64,000 nt of DNA from an uncultured Phycisphaerales bacterium. GTDB lineage: Bacteria; Planctomycetota; Phycisphaerae; Tepidisphaerales; Tepidisphaeraceae. The stretch lies in contig CAWBWQ010000001.1 in NCBI GenBank assembly GCA_963792535.1, positions 1-64,000 of the forward strand, written 5' to 3'. The position numbers and the translations under genes were made by a program. The notes under the pieces were generated by a model, which worked only from the letters and a program-made list of their open reading frames with translations, was not told the origin of the DNA and did not search any database. Positions 1-12,803 of this stretch are shown here, in pieces. How positions within the stretch are numbered: the stretch's first letter is position 1; the number at the start of each line of letters is the position of its first letter.

Positions 1-231
1 GCACCTTTTTGGCGAACATGATCCGTTGTCGAATCAGGTTGGAGTGACTGCCCTGAAAAGCGGTTGCGGCCAACAGCTGTTATCACCTGCCCGGTGATGA
101 CTGAGCCTGGAGTTAGTTCCTCCTGGGTTCCAAACCTCTCTCATGAGAACGCAAATCATGCTTGAGTCGAGGATATCATTCACATCCGACTTAGATGTGG
201 TGAGATCAGTCGCGACGGTGATCGATAAATG

Positions 232-3115
<2,884 letters not shown>

Positions 3116-3333
3116 CTTTTATCGATCATCGTTCAACATCTTTTTGATGTATTCAAAAAGTGTGCTCGGTTTTCGCGGAGTGGCAATCACGTCCTAAGTT
3201 TACGCATTGATTTCTGAGACGCATCGATCTCAGATTCGTCTGGATTGAAAGTCTCAGAGTGGACTTGAATTGCCCTGAACCTCATCATCACGATCAAACG
3301 GCTCACCGGTTCTTAACCGGATCGGTGAGTCTT

Positions 3334-3442
3334 TGTTGGTGGCTTTATCCGTAGGGTCATACCCGTTCCCATTCCGAACACGGTCGTCAAGCCTGCGGAG
3401 CCGATGATACTGCGTCAGCGGGAAAGTAGGTCACTGCCAGCA
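3334..3442 (+). rRNA. rrf: 5S rRNA (short, ~109 nt)
   Basis: Conserved cccgttcccattccgaacacgg, gccgatgatact and gaaagtagg; terminal helix tgttggtggc/ctgccagca. Confidence 0.95.
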
Positions 3443-3449
3443 TTAAACT

Positions 3450-3487
3450 GAACCCCGGTCCCCTCAAAAGGATCGGGGTTCTTTTTT
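3450..3487 (+). terminator. Intrinsic terminator of the rRNA operon
   Basis: Stem gaaccccggtcc / ggatcggggttc followed by a T-tract. Confidence 0.85.
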
Positions 3488-3697
3488 GCGTGCTTTATGC
3501 ATCAGCTGATTTGCCGTGGTTCCCGTAATTTTCGGGCTCCCTTAGCGCAATACCTCTCTCGAACTTCTCGGCAACGATTTAGAAGGTCTGGCTGCAGCTC
3601 ACAACCGTTTGACGCGTTGTGGTGTTACCGCCCGGGTGACGTGGTACCCAGGCAAGAGAGGTGCTGCCAAACGTAAAACAGTTCCGTAGAATAGTTC

Positions 3698-4927
3698 GTG
3701 ATGCTTCAGCCTTCTCGAACTATTGCCGAGCTCAAGGAATTGCGCTCTCTCACCGGAAATATTTTTGGCGCCCAGCGCGTGGCGTTCACCGAAACTTGGG
3801 CGCTGGCTCGCCGGTGGATGAGACAGAAGTTAGCTTCTTTGCCGGTTGAGGTTCACCAGGATCCCGCTGGAAACCTGTGGGCCACTCTTCAAGGAAAATC
3901 TGATCGGGAACTTCTCATCGGCGGTCATATTGACTCCGTGCCCAACGGTGGTTGGCTGGATGGATCTCTTAATTATCTCGCGGGGTTTGAAACGCTTCGG
4001 CGCTTCAGCGAACTGGGCACTCCCGATGTGACTATTCGCCTGGTTGACTGGGCAGATGAAGAGGGTGCCCGCTTTGGCAGAAGTCTGTTTGGTTCAAGCG
4101 CCGCTTCGGGATCGCTTATCCCCGATGAAGTGCGCAACTTAAGTGATCGCGATGGCGTCAAACTACCAGAAGCGCTTAAGCAGCATGGGATAGATCTCGA
4201 TCACGTCCTGGATGCCCGCACGGAGCTGGTGAATGCGGGGGCATATCTTGAACTGCACATCGAGCAGGGGCCCGTGCTGGAAAGTTTAAATCTACCGATG
4301 GCGGTGGTGCTCGGCACTTTCGGTGTTGAGCGGCATTCGATTCATTTCACCGGCCAAGCGGCTCATTCCGGTTCAACTCCGATGCACCAGCGTCGCGATG
4401 CCCTTGCCGGTGTATCGCGGCTGCACTTAGCGGTACGCGATATTGCGAACCGCCACGGGGGTGTGTGTACGGTGGGGCATGTGAGCACTCAACCCGGCAT
4501 CGTTACCGCCGTGGCCGGCGATGCCGTGATGACGCTCGACCAGCGGCATCTTCACGCCGAAGCACTATCGGCTATGTATGCTGACGCTGTAAAAGCCAGT
4601 CAATCCATCGCTGCGGAAGAAAAAATTGGTGTTGCCTGGCAAAAGATCTGGGCGATCCAACCGTTTTCGTTTCATCCGGATTTGATCGAAATAGGAGAAC
4701 AAACGGTTCAGAAAATCTGCGGGCAGCCCTATCGGATGCCCAGCGGTCCGCTGCATGATGCCGCAGAGATGTGCCGAGCGGGCGTGCCGACGGTCATGCT
4801 CTTTGTCCAAAGTCTCCGTGGCATTTCGCACCACCACACAGAAGACACAACAGAATGCCATCTCGAAATGTCAGTGTGCGCTTTACATCGATTAGCAGAG
4901 AGGACGATTGCGTGGGTGATCCAGTAA
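3698..4927 (+). CDS. M20 family Zn-dependent amidohydrolase (allantoate amidohydrolase/N-carbamoylase-like)
   Basis: Motifs GGHIDSVPNGGWLDG, DEEGARF, ELHIEQGP, GQAAHSGSTPM, SGPLHDA and GISH. Confidence 0.9.
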   Translation: MMLQPSRTIAELKELRSLTGNIFGAQRVAFTETWALARRWMRQKLASLPVEVHQDPAGNLWATLQGKSDRELLIGGHIDSVPNGGWLDGSLNYLAGFETLRRFSELGTPDVTIRLVDWADEEGARFGRSLFGSSAASGSLIPDEVRNLSDRDGVKLPEALKQHGIDLDHVLDARTELVNAGAYLELHIEQGPVLESLNLPMAVVLGTFGVERHSIHFTGQAAHSGSTPMHQRRDALAGVSRLHLAVRDIANRHGGVCTVGHVSTQPGIVTAVAGDAVMTLDQRHLHAEALSAMYADAVKASQSIAAEEKIGVAWQKIWAIQPFSFHPDLIEIGEQTVQKICGQPYRMPSGPLHDAAEMCRAGVPTVMLFVQSLRGISHHHTEDTTECHLEMSVCALHRLAERTIAWVIQ

Positions 4928-4937
4928 CCTCCAAACG

Positions 4938-4970
4938 AAAAAAATGGCTCTGCAACACGCAGAGCCATTT
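4938..4970 (-). terminator. Intrinsic terminator between convergent genes
   Basis: Perfect 12-bp stem aaatggctctgc-aacac-gcagagccattt with an A-tract on the left (U-tract on the minus strand). Confidence 0.7.
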
Positions 4971-5070
4971 CACTTCGTCCTGAATGTAATTTAGCGAATT
5001 CACTTACAGTCAAACTGCGAATAAGCTGGTCGCACTCGGCATTCTGCCAAACGACACCTTGGAAATCACA

Positions 5071-5844
5071 TTATGCCGGGCTGTCGGAGGTTGCCGACTG
5101 GGTCAGCTCGTTTGCTTTGTCAAAGGCAGCGTCCTTCGCCTGGGTCACCGAGTCGCGTGCCTGCGAAGCCACCTCATTTGCCTGGTGAATCGCGTGCGAC
5201 CATTGCTCAGGAACTGCGGCCTTTGCTTCATGCATAGCGCCTTTAAGTTGGTTTCCCAGATGCTGACCGTACGACCGAGCGGACTGACCAGTATGTCGCG
5301 TCCAACTCCAGGCCTTGTCCACCGCCCACGCGCGGCGGCGCGTCCCTTTGCAGGGTCCATGAAAAACATAACGCCCGCCCCGAGGGCAGCGATCCCGATC
5401 GCGCCAGCTGTGATGCCGGTGGCTTGCGCAATTGGATGGGACGATTCAATTCCCGCCTGCTGACTGCGCCGACCTTCTGGCATTGGAATAGATCGAATTC
5501 CCCCGAGCGGAAAGGTTATCTCGAATGGCCTGAGCGTGATCGCCAACCATTTGAGCATGATTGGATACCTGATCCGCAACCGCACTCACATGGCCGGACA
5601 CATGGTCAGCGGCCTGGTCGGCGTATTCGGTGAGTTTGCTCGCAATTGTTTTAGCAGACTCAGCCGCCCGATGTAGATGGTGGTGAACCATATCACCAGT
5701 CCCGGCAACCGCCTTTTCTGCTCGATCGGCAATTTCCTGTCGGCGGCGATCCCCTTGGTCGGGATCCAGCAGATACGTGGCAATCGCCCCGAGACTTGCG
5801 CCGGCCAAAACCGACATTGTGTTGCTGACTACATTGTTTCCCAT
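5071..5844 (-). CDS. YtxH-like/stress-type membrane-anchored protein, split by two frameshifts (~5467, ~5340)
   Basis: Three overlapping ORFs join into one protein. It has two hydrophobic GAxxxY/FxxDPxxGxxRR motifs, each followed by an Ala/Gln/Ser-rich helical segment. A GGAG SD lies upstream. Confidence 0.6.
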
Positions 5845-6009
5845 TGGAAAACTCCTTTAGCGGTTGCGTAAGACATGCTCGCAAGATACCTCTTTCGAGC
5901 TAATGGATCAGTCAGCAAACGCAATGCCGCCTCTGCAAAAAGAAGCTATTCAGCTTGCGGTATTTGGAGTTCCGGCCGGGATCAGACCTCAAAGATTTTC
6001 CCACCTGAT

Positions 6010-7413
6010 TTAAATATGAATTGCCCGCTTTTCCACCGCTAAAGCAGCTTCTTTCAGGGCCTCAGGCAGCGTGGGGTGGGCGTGCATGGTGCGGCCAAGA
6101 TCTTCGGTGCTGGCACCGAATTCCATGGCAACACAGGCCTCTGCAATTATGTCGCCCGCGTGCGGCGATAGTATCTGCACACCCAGCAATTTGTCGGTCT
6201 TCGCGTCACCAATCACCTTCATCCACCCTTCGGTATCGTCAATCGCGATCGCGCGACCATTGGCTTTCAATGGAAATTTGCCGACTTTTACCTCGATCCC
6301 TTCGCGTTTGGCATCGGCCTCGGTGATGCCTACCTGTGCGAATTCTGGATGTGTGTAAACCACGCCTGGAACAACTTTGTAGTTCACATGCCCGGCTTTG
6401 CCCGCCATCAACTCCGCTGCCGCGATGCCTTCTTCTTCCGCTTTATGGGCCAGCATCAGCCCACCAATAACATCCCCAATTGCATAAATCCCCTGTACGC
6501 TGGTTTCGAAATGAGGATTTGCCAGCACGAAGCCCCGCTTATCCAGCGCGACGCCGGCTTCGGCCAGCCCAAGACCATCGGTCACCGGCTTACGGCCTGT
6601 GCAGACGAGCACGCGATCACATTCCTCTACACTGGTTTGATCGCCGGTTTTCACAGTCACGAATACTTTGCCATCCTTGATTTCCGCGCCCATGGCCCCG
6701 GAGTTAAATCTGAATTTGAATCCCTGTTTCTCCAGCGATCGTTGAAGCAGGCCTGATAACTCCTGGTCCATCAACGGCAGGATTCGATCGGTAAACTCAA
6801 CAACCACCACCTCACTGCCCAAGCGTCGCCAGATACTGCCCATTTCCACGCCGATATATCCACCGCCGACGACCAGCAGCTTCTTAGGCACTTCCTTAAA
6901 CTCCAACCCACCGGTTGAATCCACAATAAACTGGCCATCAAATTTCAAGCCCGGCAGCTCGATCGGCGCGCTTCCCGTGGCAATGAGAATTCGCTTTGTG
7001 TTCAGCGTGGTCACCTTTCCATCAAGCGACTTCACCTCAACAGCATCCTTGGAGACGATGCGTCCGCTGCCAATGATCGAATCAATCTTGTTTTTCTTGA
7101 ACAGGAACCCCACCCCACTGGTCAGTTGCTTCACCACTGCATCCTTGCGGGCGAGCATTTTTCCCAGGTCCAGCGAGATCTCAGACACATTGATCCCATG
7201 CTTTTCCAGCTTGGTCTTAGTTTCGTGATACATCTCCGTTGATTCCAACAGTGCTTTGCTTGGAATGCAGCCAACGTTAAGGCAGGTTCCGCCTAAAAAC
7301 TGCCGGTCCACGCAGGCGACTTTCAGCCCCAGTTGGGCCGCTCGAATCGCAGCAACATATCCACCAGGACCCGCGCCGATTACCACCAGATCGTATTGAG
7401 TATTTTCTGCCAT
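6010..7413 (-). CDS. lpdA: Dihydrolipoyl dehydrogenase
   Basis: Motifs GAGPGGY, GGTCLNVGCIPSK, GGGYIG and HAHPTLPE; start taken at MAENTQYD. Confidence 0.97.
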   Translation of the reverse strand: MAENTQYDLVVIGAGPGGYVAAIRAAQLGLKVACVDRQFLGGTCLNVGCIPSKALLESTEMYHETKTKLEKHGINVSEISLDLGKMLARKDAVVKQLTSGVGFLFKKNKIDSIIGSGRIVSKDAVEVKSLDGKVTTLNTKRILIATGSAPIELPGLKFDGQFIVDSTGGLEFKEVPKKLLVVGGGYIGVEMGSIWRRLGSEVVVVEFTDRILPLMDQELSGLLQRSLEKQGFKFRFNSGAMGAEIKDGKVFVTVKTGDQTSVEECDRVLVCTGRKPVTDGLGLAEAGVALDKRGFVLANPHFETSVQGIYAIGDVIGGLMLAHKAEEEGIAAAELMAGKAGHVNYKVVPGVVYTHPEFAQVGITEADAKREGIEVKVGKFPLKANGRAIAIDDTEGWMKVIGDAKTDKLLGVQILSPHAGDIIAEACVAMEFGASTEDLGRTMHAHPTLPEALKEAALAVEKRAIHI

Positions 7414-7567
7414 AGGTTCGAGAATCTTAGGAAAGATTCGATTCAAGAGCGAGGGGAGCAACGGAATTCTGCCAATAGCCACGGGTTTGTTGGGTTTACA
7501 TTACCGCGCCCGCGAAAACAGGGTTGCTGAAGCAACCCCGTTGGACGGTTATTTCGCGGTCAACCTT

Positions 7568-7705
7568 CGCCGCATATGGACCGAGGGTTATTGCGATTCA
7601 AGGTGTTTTGGTGAAATGTCGATCGCACGCCGCAGCCAATACATCGCAAGACAAGAAGGCTGTCGATTGACCAACGGCATTATTGTCCCGGCCGACTTCC
7701 ATTAG
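7568..7705 (+). pseudogene. 3' remnant of a Y1/HUH (REP-associated) transposase
   Basis: RIWTEGYCDSRCF...YIARQEGCRLTNG aligns with the C-terminus of the minus-strand copy (RIWTEGYFDSMCF...YIRRHNGCRMTDG). Confidence 0.75.
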
Positions 7706-7756
7706 CCCCCCGCTCTGCGGGGGGATTAAACCCCCGCAGAGCGGGGGGCTAATGGA
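7698..7756. repeat. REP doublet (inverted pair of TTAG-tagged GC hairpins)
   Basis: tccattagccccccgctctgcggggg-gattaaa-cccccgcagagcggggggctaatgga, with perfect 26-bp arms. Confidence 0.9.
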
Positions 7757-7768
7757 GCAAATGCGACG

Positions 7769-8234
7769 TCACCGCACAATGATTTCCCCATCCGTCATCC
7801 GGCACCCGTTGTGCCGCCGAATGTACCCGCGACGGGCTTGTGCGATTGCGATTTCGAAACACATCGAATCGAAGTATCCCTCGGTCCAAATTCGACCGAT
7901 GTTGAGCGCCTGCCGCATGCGGTTTTTCAGCCGGCCGTCATGGTTGCGACCGAGTCAAATCCGTGATGGCACATCCAATGCAGATGCCAGCATTCAACGC
8001 TGGCATCGGTCAATTCGTAGTTGAATTCGATGCCCGCAACGAATCGAACAGAACCAGTTGTTGTGTTGGCGTGAATATAACCGGCGTACCAGCCATGCGC
8101 CGGGCGGCTTGTTCGAGCCGCGCCGGATCACCCGGCAGAATTTGGCCGTTGTCGACGTAGCCGCGAAGATCACCCGGCAGCCACGAGCCGTAGCTCGTGG
8201 TGGTGATCATAGTCGCCAGCAAACGCGGTTGCAT
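7769..8234 (-). mobile_element. REP-associated tyrosine transposase-like (Y1/HUH, IS200-like fold), two frameshifts
   Basis: Joined frames read MQPRLLATMITTTSYGSWLPGDLRG...ECWHLHW (HUH motif)...GRLKNRMR...IWTEGY...GYIRRH (catalytic Tyr). Flanked on both sides by REP doublets. Confidence 0.75.
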
Positions 8235-8286
8235 GCGGCGAAATAATACCGCCGCACACGAAATTGCAAATCGGCATCGATTCTGC

Positions 8287-8343
8287 CCGTCAGCCCCGGC
8301 CTTTTGCCGGGCTATCCCGGCAAAGCCGGGGGCTAAATGACGG
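8287..8343. repeat. REP doublet (variant)
   Basis: ccgtcagccccggccttttgccggg-ctat-cccggcaaagccgggggctaaatgacgg. Confidence 0.8.
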
Positions 8344-8661
8344 AAACAACGCACATTCCCAATCGACGTCGCCACACACGCTCGCCCCCACCGGGAAAAA
8401 AATACAATGCCCGCTTCGCGGACTCAGGGGCACGGGGCTGGCCCCTGTCAGCCCAACCGCCGGGGAAGCTGACCGCGAGGATCGCGGTTCCGCAGGAAAT
8501 CTTGGGCAAACATGAAAACTAGCTGAGACCCCGTTCCATTTCCCCGCCAAATGAATTGCTACGTTGATCTTTCTGCGCGAGCAGGCTTCGATGGCGAAGC
8601 CCCAACTATCAGGCTCGACGATTTTGTACTTGATCGCCAAAGCGAATTTTGTAAACGCTGC

Positions 8662-8689
8662 TTGACAGAATTCAATCACACGTTATCTT
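8662..8689 (+). promoter_or_regulatory. Putative sigma70 promoter of the S10 operon
   Basis: TTGACA (8662) - 16 nt - TATCTT (8684), about 90 nt upstream of rpsJ. Confidence 0.65.
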
Positions 8690-8778
8690 CTCCCCTCCGC
8701 ACAAAAAAGCGGGCGGCGACTTTGTCGACGTGATTTAAGCTAACGCGACTGGGTCCTGTAAGAACCTTAGGAACAGCT

Positions 8779-9087
8779 ATGACCGGTGATCGAATTAGAA
8801 TCCGTATGGAAGCCTATGACCACCGGGCTCTTGATGCATCTGCTAAAGAGATCGTCGATCATGCTAAGCGGACCAATGCCCGCGTTTGCGGGCCGATTCC
8901 TATGCCTACGCGGATTGAGCGGTATACGGTTCTGCGTTCGCCGCACATTGATAAAAAGTCCCGCGAGCAGTTTGAAATGCGCACGCACAAACGCGTGATC
9001 GATATTTTCGAACCGACCGGCCGTACTGTTGAAGCCTTGAATCGCCTTGTTGTTCCCGCTGGTGTGTTTGTGAAGATCAAGGCGTAA
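8779..9087 (+). CDS. rpsJ: 30S ribosomal protein S10
   Basis: Motifs [22 protein letters not shown] and [20 protein letters not shown]. Confidence 0.98.
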   Translation: MTGDRIRIRMEAYDHRALDASAKEIVDHAKRTNARVCGPIPMPTRIERYTVLRSPHIDKKSREQFEMRTHKRVIDIFEPTGRTVEALNRLVVPAGVFVKIKA

Positions 9088-9102
9088 CTTCTGATTTGAC
9101 AT

Positions 9103-9136
9103 ATGCCCCCGAATATTTTCAGGGGCATTTAATTTT
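9103..9136 (+). terminator. Terminator-like hairpin between rpsJ and rplC
   Basis: Stem atgcccc...ggggcat followed by ttaatttt. Confidence 0.45.
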
Positions 9137-9267
9137 CGCTCGAACGCTGGCTCATCCAAGAGCCTTGTGCCCCGAAGTGGCGCGTGTCGAGCATGAATGC
9201 TTGTCGTTTGTTCCTGCTCGGTTCGCGGATGCGGACTGATATCAGACAAACCGAAATGGATTGGACC

Positions 9268-9957
9268 ATGACTCCCGCACTGTTAGGTAAGAAAATCGGC
9301 ATGACCCGTATCTACGACGAGAAGGGCGGGATTGTGCCCGTTACCGTCGTCCAGGCTGGCCCATGTGCCATTACCGAAGTGAAGACGCTGGAGAAACACG
9401 GTTATCACGGTGTTCAGTTGGGGTTCGGCGAAGCCAAGCCCAAGCACAGCACCCAGCCGCTGATCGGTCATTGTGCAAAGGCGGGCGTCGGGCCTCAAAC
9501 CCATTTTCGCGAAATTATCTTCAAAAATCCGACTGATAAAACGCTTGGCGAGACTGTCACGGTCGGCATTTTTGATGGCATCGACTTTGTCGACGTCATT
9601 GGAACCAGCAAGGGCAAGGGTTTTGCCGGTGTTATGAAGCGGCATCACTTCGGTGGTCAGCCCGCATCGCACGGCACCGAGCGTAAGCACCGCTCGCCAG
9701 GCTCGATCGCGTCGCGAGCCACTTGGCGCGGTCAGTGCGGTAAGCCCAAAAAAGGCGTTCGCATGGGCGGACACATGGGCATGGATCAGGTCACGACCCG
9801 CAATCACCCACTTGTAAAGATCGACGCTGAAAACAACTTGTTGCTCATCAAAGGAGCCCTGCCCGGACCAAACGGCGGGCTTCTTTTCGTTCGCAAGAGC
9901 ATCACCGCCAAGCCCAAACGGGCGGCGGTGGTTCAGGGTAAGAAGAAGGGCAAGTAA
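9268..9957 (+). CDS. rplC: 50S ribosomal protein L3
   Basis: Motifs LLGKKIGMTR and SKGKGFAGVMKRHHF; start at MTPALL. Confidence 0.97.
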   Translation: MTPALLGKKIGMTRIYDEKGGIVPVTVVQAGPCAITEVKTLEKHGYHGVQLGFGEAKPKHSTQPLIGHCAKAGVGPQTHFREIIFKNPTDKTLGETVTVGIFDGIDFVDVIGTSKGKGFAGVMKRHHFGGQPASHGTERKHRSPGSIASRATWRGQCGKPKKGVRMGGHMGMDQVTTRNHPLVKIDAENNLLLIKGALPGPNGGLLFVRKSITAKPKRAAVVQGKKKGK

Positions 9958-9972
9958 TACTGTAACCATTTG

Positions 9973-10035
9973 TCCATTAGCCCCTCGCTTTGCGGGGGTG
10001 GTTTGAAGAACCCCCGCGAAGCGGGGGCTAACGGA
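9973..10035. repeat. REP doublet in the rplC-rplD spacer
   Basis: tccattagcccctcgctttgcggggg...cccccgcgaagcgggggctaacgga, same family as 7698-7756. Confidence 0.85.
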
Positions 10036-10061
10036 AAAGAAAACGGACAACGGACAAGACA

Positions 10062-10676
10062 ATGATCGAAGTACCAGTATTCAATCAAGCCGGCGACGAA
10101 GTGGAGAAATTCCAGGTCGACGAAGCAAAGCTCGGCGGAGAAGTTCGCCGGAACCTTCTTAAGCAGGCCATCGTGTTCTACCACGCGAACCAGCGGCAGG
10201 GCACCGTACGTACCCAGGCTCGCGGTGAGGTGGCCGGTTCAACCCGAAAAATGTTCCGCCAAAAAGGCACCGGTAACGCGCGAACTGGCGGTATCCGTAA
10301 CCCGATCAAAGTCGGTGGTGGTCACGCCAAGCAGAAGCGGCCCAAGGAATGGCGGCAGGGCCTTCCGAAGAAGGCTCGTCAACTGGCGACCAAGAATGCA
10401 ATTTTGAGCAAGATCCAAAGCAACGATCTGAAGATTGTCAGTGAGATCAAGCTCGAAGCCGCCAAGACGAAGCATGTGGCCGCCATGTTCAAGGCCCTGA
10501 AGCTGGACCGCAGCGTGTTGCTTGCCCTTGCCGGTAAGGACGAAGCAGTTGAACGAGCGGCTCGGAACATCCATCGCACCACGCTGACGACGGTGTCTCA
10601 GCTGAACACGTGGGAGATTCTCCGAAGTCGCACGCTTTTGGTGACTAAGGCTGGTTTGGAGCAGTTGCTGGCTTAA
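10062..10676 (+). CDS. rplD: 50S ribosomal protein L4
   Basis: Motifs RQGT and RGEVAGSTRKMFRQKGTGNARTG. Confidence 0.97.
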   Translation: MIEVPVFNQAGDEVEKFQVDEAKLGGEVRRNLLKQAIVFYHANQRQGTVRTQARGEVAGSTRKMFRQKGTGNARTGGIRNPIKVGGGHAKQKRPKEWRQGLPKKARQLATKNAILSKIQSNDLKIVSEIKLEAAKTKHVAAMFKALKLDRSVLLALAGKDEAVERAARNIHRTTLTTVSQLNTWEILRSRTLLVTKAGLEQLLA

Positions 10677-10738
10677 GAGTGTCGGTTTTCAGTTAAAAAC
10701 TGGCGATTCAAAACGGACAACGCGCAACGGACAACGAT

Positions 10739-11017
10739 ATGGATAACACAAACGTCATCATCAAGCCGCTGATTACTGAAAAGAGTACGCACCTTCAGAA
10801 CACCCGGAACACATTCGTGTTTGAAGTAAACCAGGATGCGAACAAGCATCAGATTAAGCAGGCGGTTGAAAAGCTATATTCGGTGAAGGTTGCTGACGTG
10901 CGAACGATGAATCGCCGTGGAAAACCACGTCGAACCAAGTTGCGGATCGTCCACACGAGCACGTGGAAACGGGCTGTTGTAAAGCTGGTGGAAGGATCGA
11001 CGATCGACCTGTTTTAA
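10739..11017 (+). CDS. rplW: 50S ribosomal protein L23
   Basis: Motifs IIKPLITEKS, ANKHQIKQAVE and WKRAVV. Confidence 0.97.
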   Translation: MDNTNVIIKPLITEKSTHLQNTRNTFVFEVNQDANKHQIKQAVEKLYSVKVADVRTMNRRGKPRRTKLRIVHTSTWKRAVVKLVEGSTIDLF

Positions 11018-11067
11018 GGCCTGACGAACGAAGATTCGGGACGGACAGCTGGTAACGGACAAATAAA

Positions 11068-11934
11068 ATGGCAATCAAATTCTACAATCCGACCTCCGCC
11101 GGCCGTCGAGCTGGATCGGTCATTGACTACAAGGCTGTGCTGACCAAGTTCGAGCCGGAAAGGTCGTTGACCACTGGAAAGCGCCGCGCGAGCGGGCGTA
11201 ATCACCATGGTGTGATCACAGCCAAGCATCGCGGCGGCGGCGAGAAGCGCTTGTATCGCCTGATCGATTTCAAACGTGGTAAAGACGGCGTCACCGCTAC
11301 CGTGCAGTCCATTGAATACGATCCAAATCGGTCTTGCTTCATCGCTTTGATCCAGTATGAGGACGGAGAAAAATCCTACATCCTGGCTCCGAACGGTTTG
11401 ACGGTTGGAATGAAGGTTGTGAATGGGCCGGATTCCCCACCAGAGCTGGGCAATTGCATTCCGCTGGCGAATATCCCAGGTGGTTTAGAGATCCACAATA
11501 TTGAAATGAACCCAGGCCAGGGCGGCAAGCTGGTTCGTTCCGCCGGTGGTGTTGCCCGCCTTTCAGCCAAAGAAGGAGAATGGGTTGTAATCATTCTCCC
11601 GTCAGGTGAAATGCGTCGCATTCGCAGCAAGTGTCGGGCTACCATCGGTCAGCTGGGTAATCTTGATTACATCAACGTGAGTATTGGAAAAGCAGGTCGA
11701 AGCCGGCATATGGGGATTCGTCCCCATACCCGCGCCAAGGCCATGAACCCCATCGACCACCCACTGGGTGGCGGTGAAGGGCGCAGCAACGGTGGTCGTC
11801 ATCCGGTGAGTAAGACAGGCGTGCCGGCCAAGGGTGGCATCACTCGCCGACCGCGCAAGAACAGCGAGAAGTTGATTCTTCGTCGCCGGAAGATGGGTCG
11901 ATTTCAGCAGCGGCCGCAGACAGTAAGTCATTGA
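11068..11934 (+). CDS. rplB: 50S ribosomal protein L2
   Basis: Motifs IEYDPNRS and AMNPIDHPLGGGEGR. Confidence 0.98.
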   Translation: MAIKFYNPTSAGRRAGSVIDYKAVLTKFEPERSLTTGKRRASGRNHHGVITAKHRGGGEKRLYRLIDFKRGKDGVTATVQSIEYDPNRSCFIALIQYEDGEKSYILAPNGLTVGMKVVNGPDSPPELGNCIPLANIPGGLEIHNIEMNPGQGGKLVRSAGGVARLSAKEGEWVVIILPSGEMRRIRSKCRATIGQLGNLDYINVSIGKAGRSRHMGIRPHTRAKAMNPIDHPLGGGEGRSNGGRHPVSKTGVPAKGGITRRPRKNSEKLILRRRKMGRFQQRPQTVSH

Positions 11935-12030
11935 AAAAGGTCAGGTGCTAGTCATCAGTGTCCGTTGTAAACGACGGTCCTGGCGATGTGAAAAGCGAAT
12001 GACAACGAACAACCGACAACGGACAAGACA

Positions 12031-12306
12031 ATGAGCAGAAGTGCAAAAAAAGGCCCTTTCGTCAACGAAAAGTTGTACAAGAAGGTGCTGAAGTTGAACG
12101 AGAACCGGGCCAAGCAGCCGCTGAAGACCTGGGCTCGCGCCTGCACGATAATCCCGGAATTTGTTGGGCACACTTTCGAGGTGCATAACGGCAACAAATT
12201 CCTGCGGGTTTATGTGCAGGAAGACATGGTGGGACATAAGCTCGGAGAATTTTCTCCGACACGCGTGTTCCGCGGTCACAGTGGCAAGAAAGTCGCGACT
12301 CCTTGA
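12031..12306 (+). CDS. rpsS: 30S ribosomal protein S19
   Basis: Motifs [11 protein letters not shown] and [13 protein letters not shown]. Confidence 0.98.
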   Translation: MSRSAKKGPFVNEKLYKKVLKLNENRAKQPLKTWARACTIIPEFVGHTFEVHNGNKFLRVYVQEDMVGHKLGEFSPTRVFRGHSGKKVATP

Positions 12307-12383
12307 GGAAATGATGAACGCGGGTGGAAGTGCGTGGAACCAATGTTCCCCGCGAGTCACTCCGGTTTGTGCATTTAGGCAAT

Positions 12384-12722
12384 ATGGCATTTGTAGCTAA
12401 ACATAATTATGCCCGAATCGCTCCGAGGAAGGCCCGTTTGCTGATGGACCTGATTCGCGGTCGAGACGTGGATGATGCAATCACCTTGCTGCGATTCAGC
12501 AAGCAGTGCGCAAGCGGAATGATCGAGAAGGTCGTCCGCTCAGCTGTCGCCAACGCAAGCGAGCAGGAAGTCGCTACGTCGCGAAACACGCTTTATGTTG
12601 CCAAGGCCTGGGTCGATCCGGGTCCGGTGATCAAGCGGTTTCAACCGAAAGATCGCGGTAAGGCGTATCCGATCAACAAGCGGACCAGTCATCTGGTTGT
12701 GACGATTGATGAACGAGATTAG
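12384..12722 (+). CDS. rplV: 50S ribosomal protein L22
   Basis: Motifs RIAPRKARL, SAVANA and KRTSHL; start at MAFVAK. Confidence 0.96.
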   Translation: MAFVAKHNYARIAPRKARLLMDLIRGRDVDDAITLLRFSKQCASGMIEKVVRSAVANASEQEVATSRNTLYVAKAWVDPGPVIKRFQPKDRGKAYPINKRTSHLVVTIDERD

Positions 12723-12803
12723 TCAATTGCCAGTTGTCGCTGGTCAGTTATCTAGACTGACTGAGGCAGCTGACAACGGATAACTGACAACGGACAGAAC
12801 GAT

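Noticed and set aside
8400..8500. GC-rich hairpins between the REP and the S10 promoter as an ncRNA
   Set aside because: No recognisable tRNA, SRP, 6S or riboswitch motif; an Infernal/Rfam search would be needed.
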